DNA of 64,000 nt, from the IMG/VR virus record IMGVR_UViG_3300025536_000011; one strand, written 5' to 3'. The translations under genes were made by a program, and so were the position numbers. Under the pieces are notes generated by a model. It made no database searches and had not been told where the DNA came from. It saw only the letters and a program-made list of their open reading frames with translations. Below, piece after piece: positions 33,885-43,050 of the stretch (position 1 is its first letter; every line of letters begins with the position of its first letter). The DNA is from a virus.

Positions 33885-35162
33885 TTGGCACAGAGACATT
33901 TTTTAATTAGATTCTTTCAAAAGGTTAATTTTAACACCAATAAATTCTGGGATGGAACAGAATGTTGGGAATGGAAGGGATCTAATGACTATTATTATGG
34001 ACATTTTTCTTTTAATGGTCGCCAAATCAAGACTCACAGATTCTCATATCAATATTTTGTAGATGAAGATTTAAAACCATATTTAGAGGTAGGACATTTA
34101 TGTAATAATACTTTGTGTCTAAGGCCATCACATTTAAAAGCAATGACTCCTAAAGAAAACGTACATTATAGCAATACTACTGCACATTTAAATTCCTTAA
34201 AAACCCACTGTAAGCACGGTCATGAATTTACTCCAGAAAATACATATATACGTAAGGATCGCAATGGCAATAGAGAGTGTATTACGTGTCATAGAATAGC
34301 AACAGGATATTGTGGCGGTATGCTAAATAGCGAAAAAACCCACTGTATTAATGGACACGAATTTACAGAAGAGAACACATACATATATAGCAAAAGTAAT
34401 TATCGAGCATGTAAGGCGTGTTCTAAAAATCGTTATCTACAAAAGAAGAGAAAAATGCAAATTTTAATTTTGGGAGACACGCACGGAAAGTATGATTTGG
34501 AGCATTTAATTATACAAAAAGTTATTAATAAAAATTCCAATATAAAAGCTATATTTCATTGCGGTGACTGGGGATATGCGTGGCCAACAAAATATGGTCC
34601 TGCTATTTGGGAGTATCCATTTAAAATACCATTCCATGTTACTTTAGGCAATCATGATCCATACTCATTCTATCAAACAGCAAAATTACCAGATTGGCTT
34701 CATATACAGGAACGTGGCAGTACATTAAATATTCATGGTAAAAAGATACTTTGGTGCGGTGGGGCATTTTCAATTGACCGTGCCTATCGTATCTTAAATC
34801 AAAGCTATTGGCTCGAAGAAACCATTAAACAGTCTGATCTTGATAAGTGCTTGGCTCAAGAAGGGCCAATTGATTTATTAGTAACTCACGAAACAGCAGA
34901 GTATTACCCTTTAAAAGCCAAGAGGCCGGAATTTACAGAAGGTAGATCGGATCGAATTGCTGTGCAAACAATAATAGATAAATTTAAACCTAAGTATCAT
35001 ACGTTTGGCCACTGGCATTCTCCTGATAATGGAGATTATATCCATCAAGATGGTAGTATAACTAAATGGGCCTGTATCCCCGAAGTAGATTCTGGGCACT
35101 TTGCCGTGTGGGATGGAGAGAATTTAGAGCTAAGCTGGCTTGACACGACCGGAAGGCCGTGA
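33885..35162 (+). CDS. HNH endonuclease fused in frame to a calcineurin-like metallophosphoesterase
   Basis: ECWEW..HRFSY..GHLCNN..C.RP.HL, two KTHC..GHEFT.ENTY repeats; from M at 34455 GDTHG, GDWG, GNHD, THE, GHWH. Confidence 0.85.
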   Translation: MAQRHFLIRFFQKVNFNTNKFWDGTECWEWKGSNDYYYGHFSFNGRQIKTHRFSYQYFVDEDLKPYLEVGHLCNNTLCLRPSHLKAMTPKENVHYSNTTAHLNSLKTHCKHGHEFTPENTYIRKDRNGNRECITCHRIATGYCGGMLNSEKTHCINGHEFTEENTYIYSKSNYRACKACSKNRYLQKKRKMQILILGDTHGKYDLEHLIIQKVINKNSNIKAIFHCGDWGYAWPTKYGPAIWEYPFKIPFHVTLGNHDPYSFYQTAKLPDWLHIQERGSTLNIHGKKILWCGGAFSIDRAYRILNQSYWLEETIKQSDLDKCLAQEGPIDLLVTHETAEYYPLKAKRPEFTEGRSDRIAVQTIIDKFKPKYHTFGHWHSPDNGDYIHQDGSITKWACIPEVDSGHFAVWDGENLELSWLDTTGRP

Positions 35163-35168
35163 TACGAT
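35140..35168 (+). promoter_or_regulatory. hairpin-spacer promoter (one mismatch)
   Basis: TTGACACGACCGGAAGGCCGTGATACGAT. Confidence 0.75.
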
Positions 35169-35184
35169 AATACTGTCAAAGAGC

Positions 35185-35320
35185 GGCTGCGGACCCTGGA
35201 GCGTTCCAGGGAACCGAAACGAAACTAACCCCCGACTGAATGCGGGAGACGACGAACGACTGGCGTGCCGGTTAGTGCTGTTCGCCAGTACCGGGAATTG
35301 ACCCGGCAGCCACTTTTTTT
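35185..35320 (+). ncRNA. candidate multibranch RNA with possible pseudoknot, ending in a T7 run
   Basis: closing GGCTG/CAGCC, four internal stems, ACTAACC/GGTTAGT long-range pair. Confidence 0.55.
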
Positions 35321-35341
35321 AAATTGAGCGAAGAGAAAACA

Positions 35342-35539
35342 ATGCTTGAAACGATTCGCGGTGCCAGAATTAAAGTTGTGCCAGAGCAAGTTCGATATAT
35401 CCGTGCGAGCACGGAAACTCTCGAAATTTACCTTCTAGACACGAGCGAACCTGATTTCCATATCTATGAATGGGTGGCTCTTAAGAGTCACCAAAAAAAC
35501 TTTACCGCCCTAGTGGAGCTATTTAATGCGAGGCGATAA
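35342..35539 (+). CDS. hypothetical protein
   Basis: ATG 35342 after GAGCGAAG motif. Confidence 0.55.
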   Translation: MLETIRGARIKVVPEQVRYIRASTETLEIYLLDTSEPDFHIYEWVALKSHQKNFTALVELFNARR

Positions 35540-35684
35540 ATGGACTACATAGCAGCCTATGTTACTTTAGTAATATACTTAATGTTGCGTATTATATGTC
35601 GAGCCATTAGCAAAGAAAAGATAAGTTATGGAGATATAATCTTTGGTATAATTTTTTCAACTCTATGGGGAATGTTTAAACATT

Positions 35685-36137
35685 ATGTCCTTTAAGCGAA
35701 GCTTAATTATTATTCGTGGTCCATCAGGGTCCGGTAAAAGCACTATTGCACGCCACTTAGGCGGAATTGCGAAGCAAAATTGGTTCGAAGCAGATCAATT
35801 CTTTGAAAAGAACGGTCATTATGATTTCGACACTAAACGCCTTGGATTAGCTCATAAGTTTTGCCAGGAACAAACAAAAGCGGCAATGGAACACTGCGAA
35901 CCTATGATTATAGTGTCAAATACGTCTATGACTATAGCCGAGCTAACTCCGTATTTACAGGCTGCCGAGCAGTATGGCTACGCCGTTACTATCTATCGCA
36001 CGCCGAAACCGTGGCCGGTTGAGGCGTTGAAAGAGCGTAATAAGCATGGGGTGCCTTATCAAGTAATTGCGAAGCAAATAAACAAATACCAGGCTTCGCC
36101 TGGTGAGGTGGAATGGACCAACCTTTCTATATTCTAA
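35685..36137 (+). CDS. P-loop polynucleotide kinase-like protein (AAA_33)
   Basis: IIRGPSGSGKST..EADQFF..IVSNTS..RNKHGVP. Confidence 0.85.
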   Translation: MSFKRSLIIIRGPSGSGKSTIARHLGGIAKQNWFEADQFFEKNGHYDFDTKRLGLAHKFCQEQTKAAMEHCEPMIIVSNTSMTIAELTPYLQAAEQYGYAVTIYRTPKPWPVEALKERNKHGVPYQVIAKQINKYQASPGEVEWTNLSIF

Positions 36138-36158
36138 TTAAATTGGAGCTAAGCGACA

Positions 36159-36575
36159 ATGCAAGAATTAACACCCGATCTCAAAGCAGAAATTTTCCAG
36201 CGTATTGATGCACTTGCAAGCAAGTTAGGCGTAGCGAGTGGTGAGTTATGGCGTATTCTTTGCCAGCAAGGGTTTGTGGCAAGCCTTATATGGATTACTG
36301 CATCAGTAATTCTTTTCATAGCATTGCTCGCAAGTGTTAAATTCCTGCATAGCACACTAATCGGCCTAAGCAAACCTGAGAACAGACATAATGAATATAA
36401 TAATAATATAATAAATGAATCTTATGTTGTAAGAACAGTTATAAGCGTAATAGTCACCGCTGGATTAACTGTCGCATTCGCGTGTGTGTTTTTTAGTCAC
36501 TTAGAAGTTATTTACACGGGATTCTTCAATCCCGAATACTATGCGTTTACACAGATTAAGGATTTACTAAAGTAA
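36159..36575 (+). CDS. membrane protein
   Basis: two TM segments; ASKLGVA..LW..L.QQ; FFNPEYYA. Confidence 0.7.
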   Translation: MQELTPDLKAEIFQRIDALASKLGVASGELWRILCQQGFVASLIWITASVILFIALLASVKFLHSTLIGLSKPENRHNEYNNNIINESYVVRTVISVIVTAGLTVAFACVFFSHLEVIYTGFFNPEYYAFTQIKDLLK

Positions 36576-36590
36576 TTGCCCGGAGGGCAA

Positions 36591-37775
36591 ATGATAACTA
36601 ACCAAAAGCTAGAATTCTGGATCAAAAACAATTTAAACGTCCTATTTATAGGCAAACACGGGGTAGGCAAATCTGCTCGCGTTATTGATGCCTTTAATAA
36701 GGCAGGATTAAATTGGCTTTATTTTTCAGCGGCTACACTTGATCCTTGGGTAGATTTTATTGGTATCCCAAAAGAATGCACTGACGCCGAAGGCGTCAGG
36801 CATATTGATCTTATTAGGCCCAAGCAATTTGCCGAAGATAAAGTTGAAGCGATCTTTCTAGACGAGTTTAATCGGGCTCCTAAGAAAGTCCGAAACGCAG
36901 TTATGGAACTTATCCAGTTTAAATCTATTAACGGCAAGAAGTTCAATAACTTAAAGTTTATATGGGCGGCTATTAATCCAGAGGACGAGGACAATAAGTC
37001 CGAGTACGATGTTGAAAAACTCGACCCTGCTCAAAAGGACCGATTCCAAATTATCGTAGAAGTGCCATGGAAAGTCGATAGTGCATATTTTACCAGTAAA
37101 TTTGGCGATGAACTAGCTGGTAATGCTATAAATTGGTGGACTAATCTATCAAAGGAAGAACAAAATGGCGTGAGTCCACGTCGCTTAGAATACATAGTAG
37201 ACATTTACCAGCGAGGCGGTGACGTAAGAGACGTGGTGCCTAATAATATTAATATCAAAAAGCTGACTAAAGAACTTAGCGGCGAGTCGCCGCTAAGAGA
37301 ACTTGTTAAACTTTTTAAGACTAAAAATATTGCAACGGCAACCGCGTTTATCCGTGACTCGAACAATCTATCTGATTGTGAGAGTAAAATCCTCGAACAA
37401 TCGGCATATCTGGAATTCTTTTTTCCCCTTATGCAAGAAGAACAACAGGTCAGGCTGATATCTAATAATAAAAAAGTATATCAACACGTTGCTAATCATA
37501 TTGCTGATTATAGACCTCTCATCGAATCAATTACTAAAACTGATCCTTATTCGAAGCTTGGTCGCAAGATGCGGAGACTAATACAAGATCCTACGCCAGC
37601 TAATACTGGTAAATCAAGATACATTCTCGCAAATGAGTACCGTGCTTTAAGCGGCAAACACTTCAAGAGAACAAATGAAGAAATAATAAAAGGACTGTCT
37701 TATGGACAGGCTATTGAGGCTCGTATTGCCGCACTAAAGGCAGCAACTCAACCAGTGGCATTATATCGTGACTAA
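36591..37775 (+). CDS. MoxR-like AAA+ ATPase (module 1)
   Basis: GKHGVGKS, IFLDEFNR, WAAINP, LDPAQKDRF. Confidence 0.85.
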   Translation: MITNQKLEFWIKNNLNVLFIGKHGVGKSARVIDAFNKAGLNWLYFSAATLDPWVDFIGIPKECTDAEGVRHIDLIRPKQFAEDKVEAIFLDEFNRAPKKVRNAVMELIQFKSINGKKFNNLKFIWAAINPEDEDNKSEYDVEKLDPAQKDRFQIIVEVPWKVDSAYFTSKFGDELAGNAINWWTNLSKEEQNGVSPRRLEYIVDIYQRGGDVRDVVPNNINIKKLTKELSGESPLRELVKLFKTKNIATATAFIRDSNNLSDCESKILEQSAYLEFFFPLMQEEQQVRLISNNKKVYQHVANHIADYRPLIESITKTDPYSKLGRKMRRLIQDPTPANTGKSRYILANEYRALSGKHFKRTNEEIIKGLSYGQAIEARIAALKAATQPVALYRD

Positions 37776-39006
37776 CGAAGATTTCATTTTAATAGCTAGA
37801 GACTTAGAACAATATCACGGTATCTTTTCTAAGATTTGGCAGATTGGAAAGCCACATTTTACAGAAGATATTCCTACTGCGGCAGTAAGTTTTAATAAGG
37901 ATGGTCAGTATATAGATTTCCAGTTTAATCCCAAGTTTTGGGCAAAATCTTCTCATTATGAGAGGCTTTTTATCATCTGTCACGAGTGCCTACACGTTAT
38001 ACTTAATCACGGGTTGAGGCTCGCGGGGCTTAATCCAGAGCTAGGCAACATAGCTGCTGACGTGGTTATTAATGAGGGTTTAGTGAGTAACTTAGGTTTT
38101 GATAGGAGCCGACTAGGCTCTTTAAACAAAAAAGGATGCTGGCTAAACACAGTTTTTACGGGCGAAGATGTCGAGCCCGCAAAATCAATGGAGTATTATT
38201 ATAATTTGCTAAAAGAAGATATATTACAAAAGTTGGCTACCGGCCAATTAGTATTGATAGATCAACATGCCGGTTTATCCGGCATAGATGTTTCAGGCTT
38301 AGTTGATTCATTAAATCCAAGCGATAAAGAAAGTTTAGGTCGCTTGTTCCAGGCAATAAAAGACGAAACAGAAGCGTGCGAAAGTGTCTCTGCCGGAAGC
38401 GTAGCGGGCTCACTCGCCATAACAATTCGCCTGGACAAAGTCCAGGTGAAACGTAAATGGGAGACTGTTATTAAGAAATGGGCTCTTAAAAGTATGAAAG
38501 AATCTGATCGTGAAGTGTCTCAATGGACCCGTGTGAATAGAAGATTCGCAGCGATTACAAGCGATTTAATACTTCCAACGGAAGTAGTCATCGAAGATAC
38601 TAACGACGAGCAGGATAAGATTAAAGTTGTATTTTTTCAGGATACATCAGGAAGCTGTCACGGTTTCGCCAAGCGTTTCTTTGCGGCGGCAAAATCACTA
38701 CCGCAAGATAGATTTGATATAGAATTATACTGTTTTGATACGAGAGTATATAAAACTTCGCTTGAGTCTGGTAAGCTATATGGCTTTGGCGGGACATCAT
38801 TTGATATCTTAGAACGATACGTTATGACTCAAATTGCTAAAAACGATTCGCGTCAGTATCCAAAGGCAATTTTCGTCATTACGGACGGCTACGGCAATAA
38901 AATTAATCCAATTAAACCTAAAAATTGGTACTGGTTTTTGTCGAGCAGTTATAAAAGTTGTATTCCAGATGCGTGTAATATTTTTCAATTAAGGGATTTT
39001 GAATAA
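37768..39006 (+). CDS. HExxH metallopeptidase-like plus vWA domain protein (DUF2201-like, module 1)
   Basis: HECLHVILNH..NIAAD..IN; DTSGS, GFGGTSF, VITDGY. Confidence 0.85.
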   Translation: MTNEDFILIARDLEQYHGIFSKIWQIGKPHFTEDIPTAAVSFNKDGQYIDFQFNPKFWAKSSHYERLFIICHECLHVILNHGLRLAGLNPELGNIAADVVINEGLVSNLGFDRSRLGSLNKKGCWLNTVFTGEDVEPAKSMEYYYNLLKEDILQKLATGQLVLIDQHAGLSGIDVSGLVDSLNPSDKESLGRLFQAIKDETEACESVSAGSVAGSLAITIRLDKVQVKRKWETVIKKWALKSMKESDREVSQWTRVNRRFAAITSDLILPTEVVIEDTNDEQDKIKVVFFQDTSGSCHGFAKRFFAAAKSLPQDRFDIELYCFDTRVYKTSLESGKLYGFGGTSFDILERYVMTQIAKNDSRQYPKAIFVITDGYGNKINPIKPKNWYWFLSSSYKSCIPDACNIFQLRDFE

Positions 39007-39297
39007 ATGGTCATTATATTCCCATCCGGCTATGGGCTTTATAGGATATGCACTAAATCTCAAGGCTGGCTTGGCCCGATACGGGCCAATAATATGCGGT
39101 GGCTTTACGCTACAGAAATTAATGGCACTAGAGATGTTGTGATTTTAAGGCAGACGAACCCCTGGACCAAACATGCCAAAGCATGTGGGGATTTCAGTAA
39201 GACTTACTTTGATCTAATGTTAGATGAACGAGTAATTTGGACGTGTGACTACTCTGACATGTTATGTTATATTTCGAGGGACGAAAATGCAGGATAA
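39007..39297 (+). CDS. hypothetical protein
   Basis: ORF in run. Confidence 0.45.
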   Translation: MVIIFPSGYGLYRICTKSQGWLGPIRANNMRWLYATEINGTRDVVILRQTNPWTKHAKACGDFSKTYFDLMLDERVIWTCDYSDMLCYISRDENAG

Positions 39298-39790
39298 AGA
39301 CATATTTCTTCTAGCTATAGAGCATCATGCAATTATGCAACTAGCTGGTAGATTTATGTCTAAGATCAATACTAAATCAGGTATATTCGGAGAAAATGGA
39401 GATTACCCAACAGAATGCTGGATTTGGACTGATACGCCTAATACAGATGGTTATGGAGTTTTTAGTATTGATAATAAAAATACTGGAGCCCATAGGATTG
39501 CATATAAGGTATTTAATGGTCCATTGATAGACGGTTATGAAATAGATCATTTATGTCGTAGACGAGATTGTGTATGTCCAGATCATTTAGAACAAATCAC
39601 AGGTCCAGAAAACGTAAGGCGTGGCAAATCTGGAGAATATAATAGAATAAAAACGCATTGTCACAAAGGACATGAGTTTACAACAGAAAATACTTACGTC
39701 TATATTAGAGACGGACTAATAGAAAGGCAATGTAGAACATGCAAAAGAGAGACGCAAATTGCATATAGGAAAAGAAAACATGAATTATAG
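39245..39790 (+). CDS. HNH homing endonuclease, paralog of the 33885 N-terminus
   Basis: ECWIW..GYG..AHRIAY..IDHLCRRRDCV.PDHLE..EN; KTHCHKGHEFT.ENTY. Confidence 0.85.
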   Translation: MTTLTCYVIFRGTKMQDKDIFLLAIEHHAIMQLAGRFMSKINTKSGIFGENGDYPTECWIWTDTPNTDGYGVFSIDNKNTGAHRIAYKVFNGPLIDGYEIDHLCRRRDCVCPDHLEQITGPENVRRGKSGEYNRIKTHCHKGHEFTTENTYVYIRDGLIERQCRTCKRETQIAYRKRKHEL

Positions 39791-40415
39791 TATAATAATG
39801 GCTCTGATACAAAAAGCGGATAAGCCGTCCGATGTTTTTCTGCACAATTCTTTTGTAATAGAAATTCCAGAATTATATACGTTGCAAGGAATCCCTCAAC
39901 CAGCAAAATATCACCCCGAGGGGGACGCATTCGTTCATACTTTACAAGTAATAGATAGAGCCAAAGAATTAGGAGGCAATGATATAACTATATTCTCATG
40001 TTTACTACACGATCTTGGCAAAGCTTTGACTCCAAAAGAAGAATGGCCGCACGCCTATAATCACGAGTCCTTGGGCTTGCCAATAGCTGCAAAGATTTGC
40101 GAGCGTCTGAATGTTCCAATAGAACATCGTGACTTTGTACTTAATGTTGTTGCTGAACATGGAAATGCTCATCGGTTCCTTGAAATGAGACCCACCACAC
40201 GAGTTAAGTTCTTGAAAAGAATATGGCTATGCAATCTATACGATTTTACTCTGGCTTGCAAGGCTGATTCGCAGGGCAGAGGCGAAGAAAACTGGTTGCG
40301 GGAATACCCGCAAAGTGAAGCCATTATGGATGCGGCTCGCCGCATCGGTAAAATAGAAATAGCTGGCAAAAGCCACGAAAAGTGGCTACAGGAGGCAGCA
40401 AAAGCAATATCGTGA
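39780..40415 (+). CDS. stand-alone HD phosphohydrolase resembling the HD domain of multifunctional CCA enzyme
   Basis: PQPAKYHPEGDAFVHTLQV..LLHDLGKA.TP..HE..CKADSQGR. Confidence 0.8.
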   Translation: MNYSIIMALIQKADKPSDVFLHNSFVIEIPELYTLQGIPQPAKYHPEGDAFVHTLQVIDRAKELGGNDITIFSCLLHDLGKALTPKEEWPHAYNHESLGLPIAAKICERLNVPIEHRDFVLNVVAEHGNAHRFLEMRPTTRVKFLKRIWLCNLYDFTLACKADSQGRGEENWLREYPQSEAIMDAARRIGKIEIAGKSHEKWLQEAAKAIS

Positions 40416-40572
40416 TTACAAGCATTTTAGTTATTATTTTTGGCATATTATTCGCACTATCTTTAATAGTATCTTGTTTAGTTTTATGGGACATAAAGTG
40501 GAGCAAATTATATGAAATTAAAATTGTTGCGAAGCAACAAAAAATCGAACAGCCGTGCGAAAAATAACGCAC

Positions 40573-40601
40573 TTGACACGGCCTAATGGCCGTGATATCG
40601 T
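40573..40601 (+). promoter_or_regulatory. hairpin-spacer promoter
   Basis: TTGACACGGCCTAATGGCCGTGATATCGT. Confidence 0.8.
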
Positions 40602-40692
40602 GTAAGTGCCAGATGCGTGGACGGTCGGTCGTGAAGGTGGACCATGCCGGGCGGTAAATCGAGCCGCCCGGCAATTTAATTGGAGCTAACAA

Positions 40693-41097
40693 ATGCCTGA
40701 AATAGTAATTATAAATGATGCTGGGCAATTCTGGAATGGCGAGTCTTATTCGCCGGAAATTAATGATGCACGCACCTATACCGATAGGTCACTAGCTATT
40801 GGGCTTGCATCGGCTCGTAAGGGCCGAGCCATCATTGGCCACGGCACTAGCGAGCAACGCGAGCTAGGCAACGTACCGGCTCCTGAGCCTAATCCTGCGG
40901 CAGTGGCCGCAGTGGAAGCCACGGCGGCAGCCGTAGAGCGTGTCCAAGCAGCCTTCGATGTTGGCCAGCTTACATTGGACAATTACGAGGATTTAATGGA
41001 CGAACGATTCCGCTTAACTAAAGCGGAAAAATTGAGTGGCATTAGCCGCGAAGAGGCTTTACGTGCCCGTATTAAAAAGGGACTTATTAAACTATGA
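40693..41097 (+). CDS. hypothetical protein with Ala-rich linker; C-terminal domain shared with 32759-32929
   Basis: LTLDNYEDLMDERFRLTKAEKLSGISREEAL. Confidence 0.65.
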   Translation: MPEIVIINDAGQFWNGESYSPEINDARTYTDRSLAIGLASARKGRAIIGHGTSEQRELGNVPAPEPNPAAVAAVEATAAAVERVQAAFDVGQLTLDNYEDLMDERFRLTKAEKLSGISREEALRARIKKGLIKL

Positions 41098-42323
41098 AAA
41101 CAACACTCTATCAGCTTAAAAAGACTGGCAAAATCTGGCAATGGTCCTGTTGGGCACAAGGCCCAAAAGTTTATACTAGTTATGGCTATGTAGATGGTGC
41201 CCAACAAGAAACGCACGAAACTGCTACCGCCGTAAACGTCGGAAAATCTAACGAAGTTTCTCCTGTCGAACAAGCTCGACTCATCGCGGAGCGAAAGATT
41301 AAAGAGAAACTGGAAAATGGATATGCTCGCTCCCCGAGCGAAGCCAAACTAGAGCCCGAAGGGCTCGACTATGATAACTTGCCGAAGGCGTTTACGCCAG
41401 CGAAACCGATTTCGTCGATTGACGAAGCAAAGCTTCGGAAATTATTTGACGCTGGAAATTTGAGCGTGCAGAGAAAATATGATGGCTGCTGCCTTCTTGC
41501 CGTGCGGGGATCAAGCGGTATTAAATTACTGACCAGAGGGAAGTTAGAGGATAAAACAGGACACTTCCCACAAATTGTGAATGAGCTAAAAGATATTCCC
41601 GTTGGTACAATTCTGGTTGGCGAATTAATCGGGCAGAATTTTAAGACTGTCACAAGCATCTTACGCTCCAAAGATCCCCATGACGCTCTAGAGAAGCAAA
41701 GAGAAGCCGGTAGGCTGAGCTACATGATTTTTGATGTTCTGCATTGGGACGGAGAAGATATTACTTCGTGGCCATATAATAATCGTATAAATAAAATATT
41801 GGCTCACCTTGATGATAAAGATAATCCTTGTGTCCAAGTGACACATAATTTACTCGACTATAATAGTTACGACGAGCTATTCGGTAAAATCAATATCGCC
41901 ATAGTGAGAGGCTACGAGGGATACGTTTGTTGGCAGCTAGACGCACCGACTAAGGTGCGACTAGACGGCAAAGAGGAGCGTACCGGAGCCTGGAAATGGA
42001 AAATAACGCATAGCGAAGATGTTTGGGCCGAATGCCCGACCGAAGGGAAGGGCAAGAACGAAGGCAAGTTAGGACAAGTTAAGGGCTATCAATTTTCGCC
42101 TACTGGCGAAAAAGTGTATGTCGGTGATATCGGGGGCGGCTACTCAAACGAAGAAAGGCTTGCCTTTTGGCAGCAACGTGATACACTATTCCCATGCGTC
42201 ATTGAGATCGAAACTTCTTCCCGCCTAATAAGCGGAAAATTACAATTTCCCGTCTTTGTCAGGCTGCGTCCCGATAAGACGGAAGCAGAATGCCTTATGC
42301 AACTTGAATATAAGGGAGATTAA
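41094..42323 (+). CDS. ATP-dependent DNA ligase
   Basis: VQRKYDG, ILVGEL, IFDVL, GYEG, WKWK, OB-fold VG..GGGYS..FPVF..LRPDK. Confidence 0.9.
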   Translation: MKTTLYQLKKTGKIWQWSCWAQGPKVYTSYGYVDGAQQETHETATAVNVGKSNEVSPVEQARLIAERKIKEKLENGYARSPSEAKLEPEGLDYDNLPKAFTPAKPISSIDEAKLRKLFDAGNLSVQRKYDGCCLLAVRGSSGIKLLTRGKLEDKTGHFPQIVNELKDIPVGTILVGELIGQNFKTVTSILRSKDPHDALEKQREAGRLSYMIFDVLHWDGEDITSWPYNNRINKILAHLDDKDNPCVQVTHNLLDYNSYDELFGKINIAIVRGYEGYVCWQLDAPTKVRLDGKEERTGAWKWKITHSEDVWAECPTEGKGKNEGKLGQVKGYQFSPTGEKVYVGDIGGGYSNEERLAFWQQRDTLFPCVIEIETSSRLISGKLQFPVFVRLRPDKTEAECLMQLEYKGD

Positions 42324-42341
42324 TATGAACCGGAGGTTCAA

Positions 42342-42569
42342 ATGAAAGTCGAAGTCTACGACGCTAAAGTTGTTAGAACACACGCAGGGCTCAAGGTAAT
42401 TTACAAGGGCACGGACGGGTTTACTTATATTTCAAATGTCAGTAATTATTCATATGACAAAGAAGGTCCGTTCTTTACACAACCAGATGCTATTGATTTT
42501 CTTGAAAACGCAAATTCTTTTGAAAAGCAAAGTGTCTATTTGAAGAAAGCCTCGCCAGAGGCAACGTGA
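42342..42569 (+). CDS. hypothetical protein
   Basis: GGA-triloop RBS hairpin upstream. Confidence 0.6.
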   Translation: MKVEVYDAKVVRTHAGLKVIYKGTDGFTYISNVSNYSYDKEGPFFTQPDAIDFLENANSFEKQSVYLKKASPEAT

Positions 42570-42570
42570 T

Positions 42571-43050
42571 ATGGACCTCAAAAGTATTCAACGTACTATT
42601 TTGGACCAAATTAAACCAGTAGAATGTAAGGTTTTCTGGTACGATAATGCGATTAATTTTATAGATAATCCAGACTGGAAACACCTATCATATTATTGTA
42701 GTGCATATCATCCAGCATCAAGATCAGCTTATATCCGTAGACTAAAATCCAAATTACATGAGAATTACTTTCTATTGCATGAAATATGCCATGATTTAAC
42801 CTGGGACGGGCCTCAAGAAGAAGTAGAATATAGAGCCGAGAAAAAACTCAGAGAAATCTCTAAAGAACACGGATGGCACGAGTTTATAGATATATCAAGA
42901 ATGAATTTCTTTTACTTTATTCCTAAATTCTTGTGGGTCGATGGAGTAGAACCAAAGATGACTCATAGAACATTAAATAGCTTAGACGAGCGAGTAGACA
43001 TAGCAATAGAAAAGTTAGGAGAAGAAGATAATGAGTACGCATCTTATTGA
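42571..43050 (+). CDS. HExxH-containing protein (zincin-like)
   Basis: LLHEICH..EVEYRAE. Confidence 0.5.
   Translation: MDLKSIQRTILDQIKPVECKVFWYDNAINFIDNPDWKHLSYYCSAYHPASRSAYIRRLKSKLHENYFLLHEICHDLTWDGPQEEVEYRAEKKLREISKEHGWHEFIDISRMNFFYFIPKFLWVDGVEPKMTHRTLNSLDERVDIAIEKLGEEDNEYASY

Noticed and set aside
35215-35250. Hammerhead core (CTGA..., GAAAC)
   Set aside because: Sequence is CTGAATG rather than CUGANGA, and the elements are not arranged around three stems as required.
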